The translations under genes were made by a program, and so were the position numbers. Positions 7,201-8,052 of a stretch of 8,052 nt of DNA are shown piece after piece. Origin of the DNA: Monocercomonoides exilis PA203 (lineage: Eukaryota > Protista > Preaxostyla); the NCBI GenBank assembly GCA_001643675.2, contig LSRY02000100.1:1-8052 (forward strand), read 5' to 3'. Each line of letters opens with the position of its first letter. Position 1 is the first letter of the stretch. The notes under the pieces are model-generated. The model did no database searches and was not told the origin of the DNA. It saw only the letters and a list, made by a program, of their open reading frames with translations.

Positions 7201-8052
7201 AAAAGGGGGATTTTGAGAATACTGCGAACGGTATTTTTCCGAAAAATCTCCCCGCCCATAGACGATTCCCTCCGCGGCCCCGACATTTTGCCCCGCTCGC
7301 TTTTTCCCCGCCCTCACACCAAATTTTTGAAGGCGAAAATACAGGGTTTTTCCCGGTCAAAGGGGAAAAATGACCTGTATTTTTTTTTTGTGGGGGGGCG
7401 GAGGAGGCGAGTGCGGGCAGAGCGGGTGGTGGATTTGGAGAGTGTGGGGGGTGTGGTTGTTTGTGGGGAGAGGGCGGAAGTGTGGTTGGGGTGCTGAGAA
7501 GGTGTTGGGAGGAAAGAGCGGAAAAGAGGGGGTCAGTGGGAAAAAGGGGGATTTTTGAGAATACTGCGAACAGTATTTTCCCGAAAAATCTCCCCGCCCA
7601 CCAGACGTTCCCTCCACCCGGCAGGACATTTTGCCCCGCTCGCTTTTTCCCCGCCCTCACACCAAATTTTTGAAGGCGAAAATACAGGGTTTTCCCGGTC
7701 AAGGGGGAATGACCTGTATTTTTTTTTTGTGGGGGGCGGAGGCGAGTGCGGGCAGAGCGGGTGGTGGATTTGGAGAGTGTGGGGGGTGTGGTTGTTTGTG
7801 GGGAGAGGGCGGAAGTGTGGTTGGGGTGCTGAGAGGTGTTGGGAGGAAAGGGCGGAAAAGAGGGGGTCAGTGGGAAAAAGGGGATTTTTGAGAATACTGC
7901 GAACAGTATTTTCCCGAAAAATCTCCCCCTGAACGTTCCCCCGCGGCCCCGACATTTTGCCTTCCGCTTTTTCCCCGCCCTCACACCAAATTTTTGAAGG
8001 CGAAAATACAGGGTTTTCCCGGTCAAGGGAAAAATGACCTGTATTTTTGTGG

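Larger units (their letters stand above)
3904..8052. repeat. Subtelomeric (telomere-associated) tandem repeat, ~337-bp unit, 12 full copies plus 108 bp of a 13th
   Basis: The anchor GGCCCCGAC or its local variant starts at 3904, 4252, 4582, 4917, 5258, 5585, 5928, 6266, 6601, 6938, 7276, 7620 and 7945. Unit lengths are 348, 330, 335, 341, 327, 343, 338, 335, 337, 338, 344 and 325 bp (mean about 337). Copies are near-identical apart from homopolymer lengths and a few local variants. The array is truncated by the window end. Confidence 0.98.

Noticed and set aside
3943-8026. About 35 overlapping ORFs on both strands (62-335 aa)
   Set aside because: They are low-complexity G/P/R-rich translations of the same repeat in all frames. 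They switch frame with homopolymer indels, keep no frame across copies and contain no recognisable domain.
3904-8052. CRISPR-like array (palindromic repeat at regular spacing)
   Set aside because: The sequence between palindromes is the same in each unit, so there are no unique spacers. The period is about 337 bp, no cas genes are present, and the context is telomeric.
3904-8052. rRNA, 5S or tRNA gene array, or assignment to a specific organism
   Set aside because: No recognisable rRNA or tRNA sequence is present, and I do not recognise the satellite. Taxon assignment needs a database search.

Overview
This window is a eukaryote-type chromosome (or linear replicon) left end with no credible genes. 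Bases 1-3903 are the C-rich strand of a telomeric array of roughly 700 units that mixes CCCTAA (TTAGGG) and CCTAA (TTAGG) in comparable amounts. The mix is uneven: 5-mer-rich in the middle and 6-mer-rich next to the junction. It joins abruptly at 3903/3904 to a head-to-tail subtelomeric tandem repeat of about 337 bp (12 full copies plus a partial one, running off the window end). Each unit has an ordered architecture: a ~135-nt fold-back (A), a ~105-nt G/T-rich and almost C-free linker, and a ~100-nt fold-back (B). Both fold-backs carry related AATACWG/CWGTATT arms, and many of their imperfect pairs are G.T/G.U-compatible on the + strand only. Copy-to-copy differences are mostly homopolymer-length changes, and the telomere has CCTGG/CTT-type interruptions. 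This suggests an uncorrected nanopore read or a low-polish consensus, which limits fine-scale conclusions. All listed ORFs are by-products of the stop-poor repeat. The organism cannot be identified from the sequence alone.
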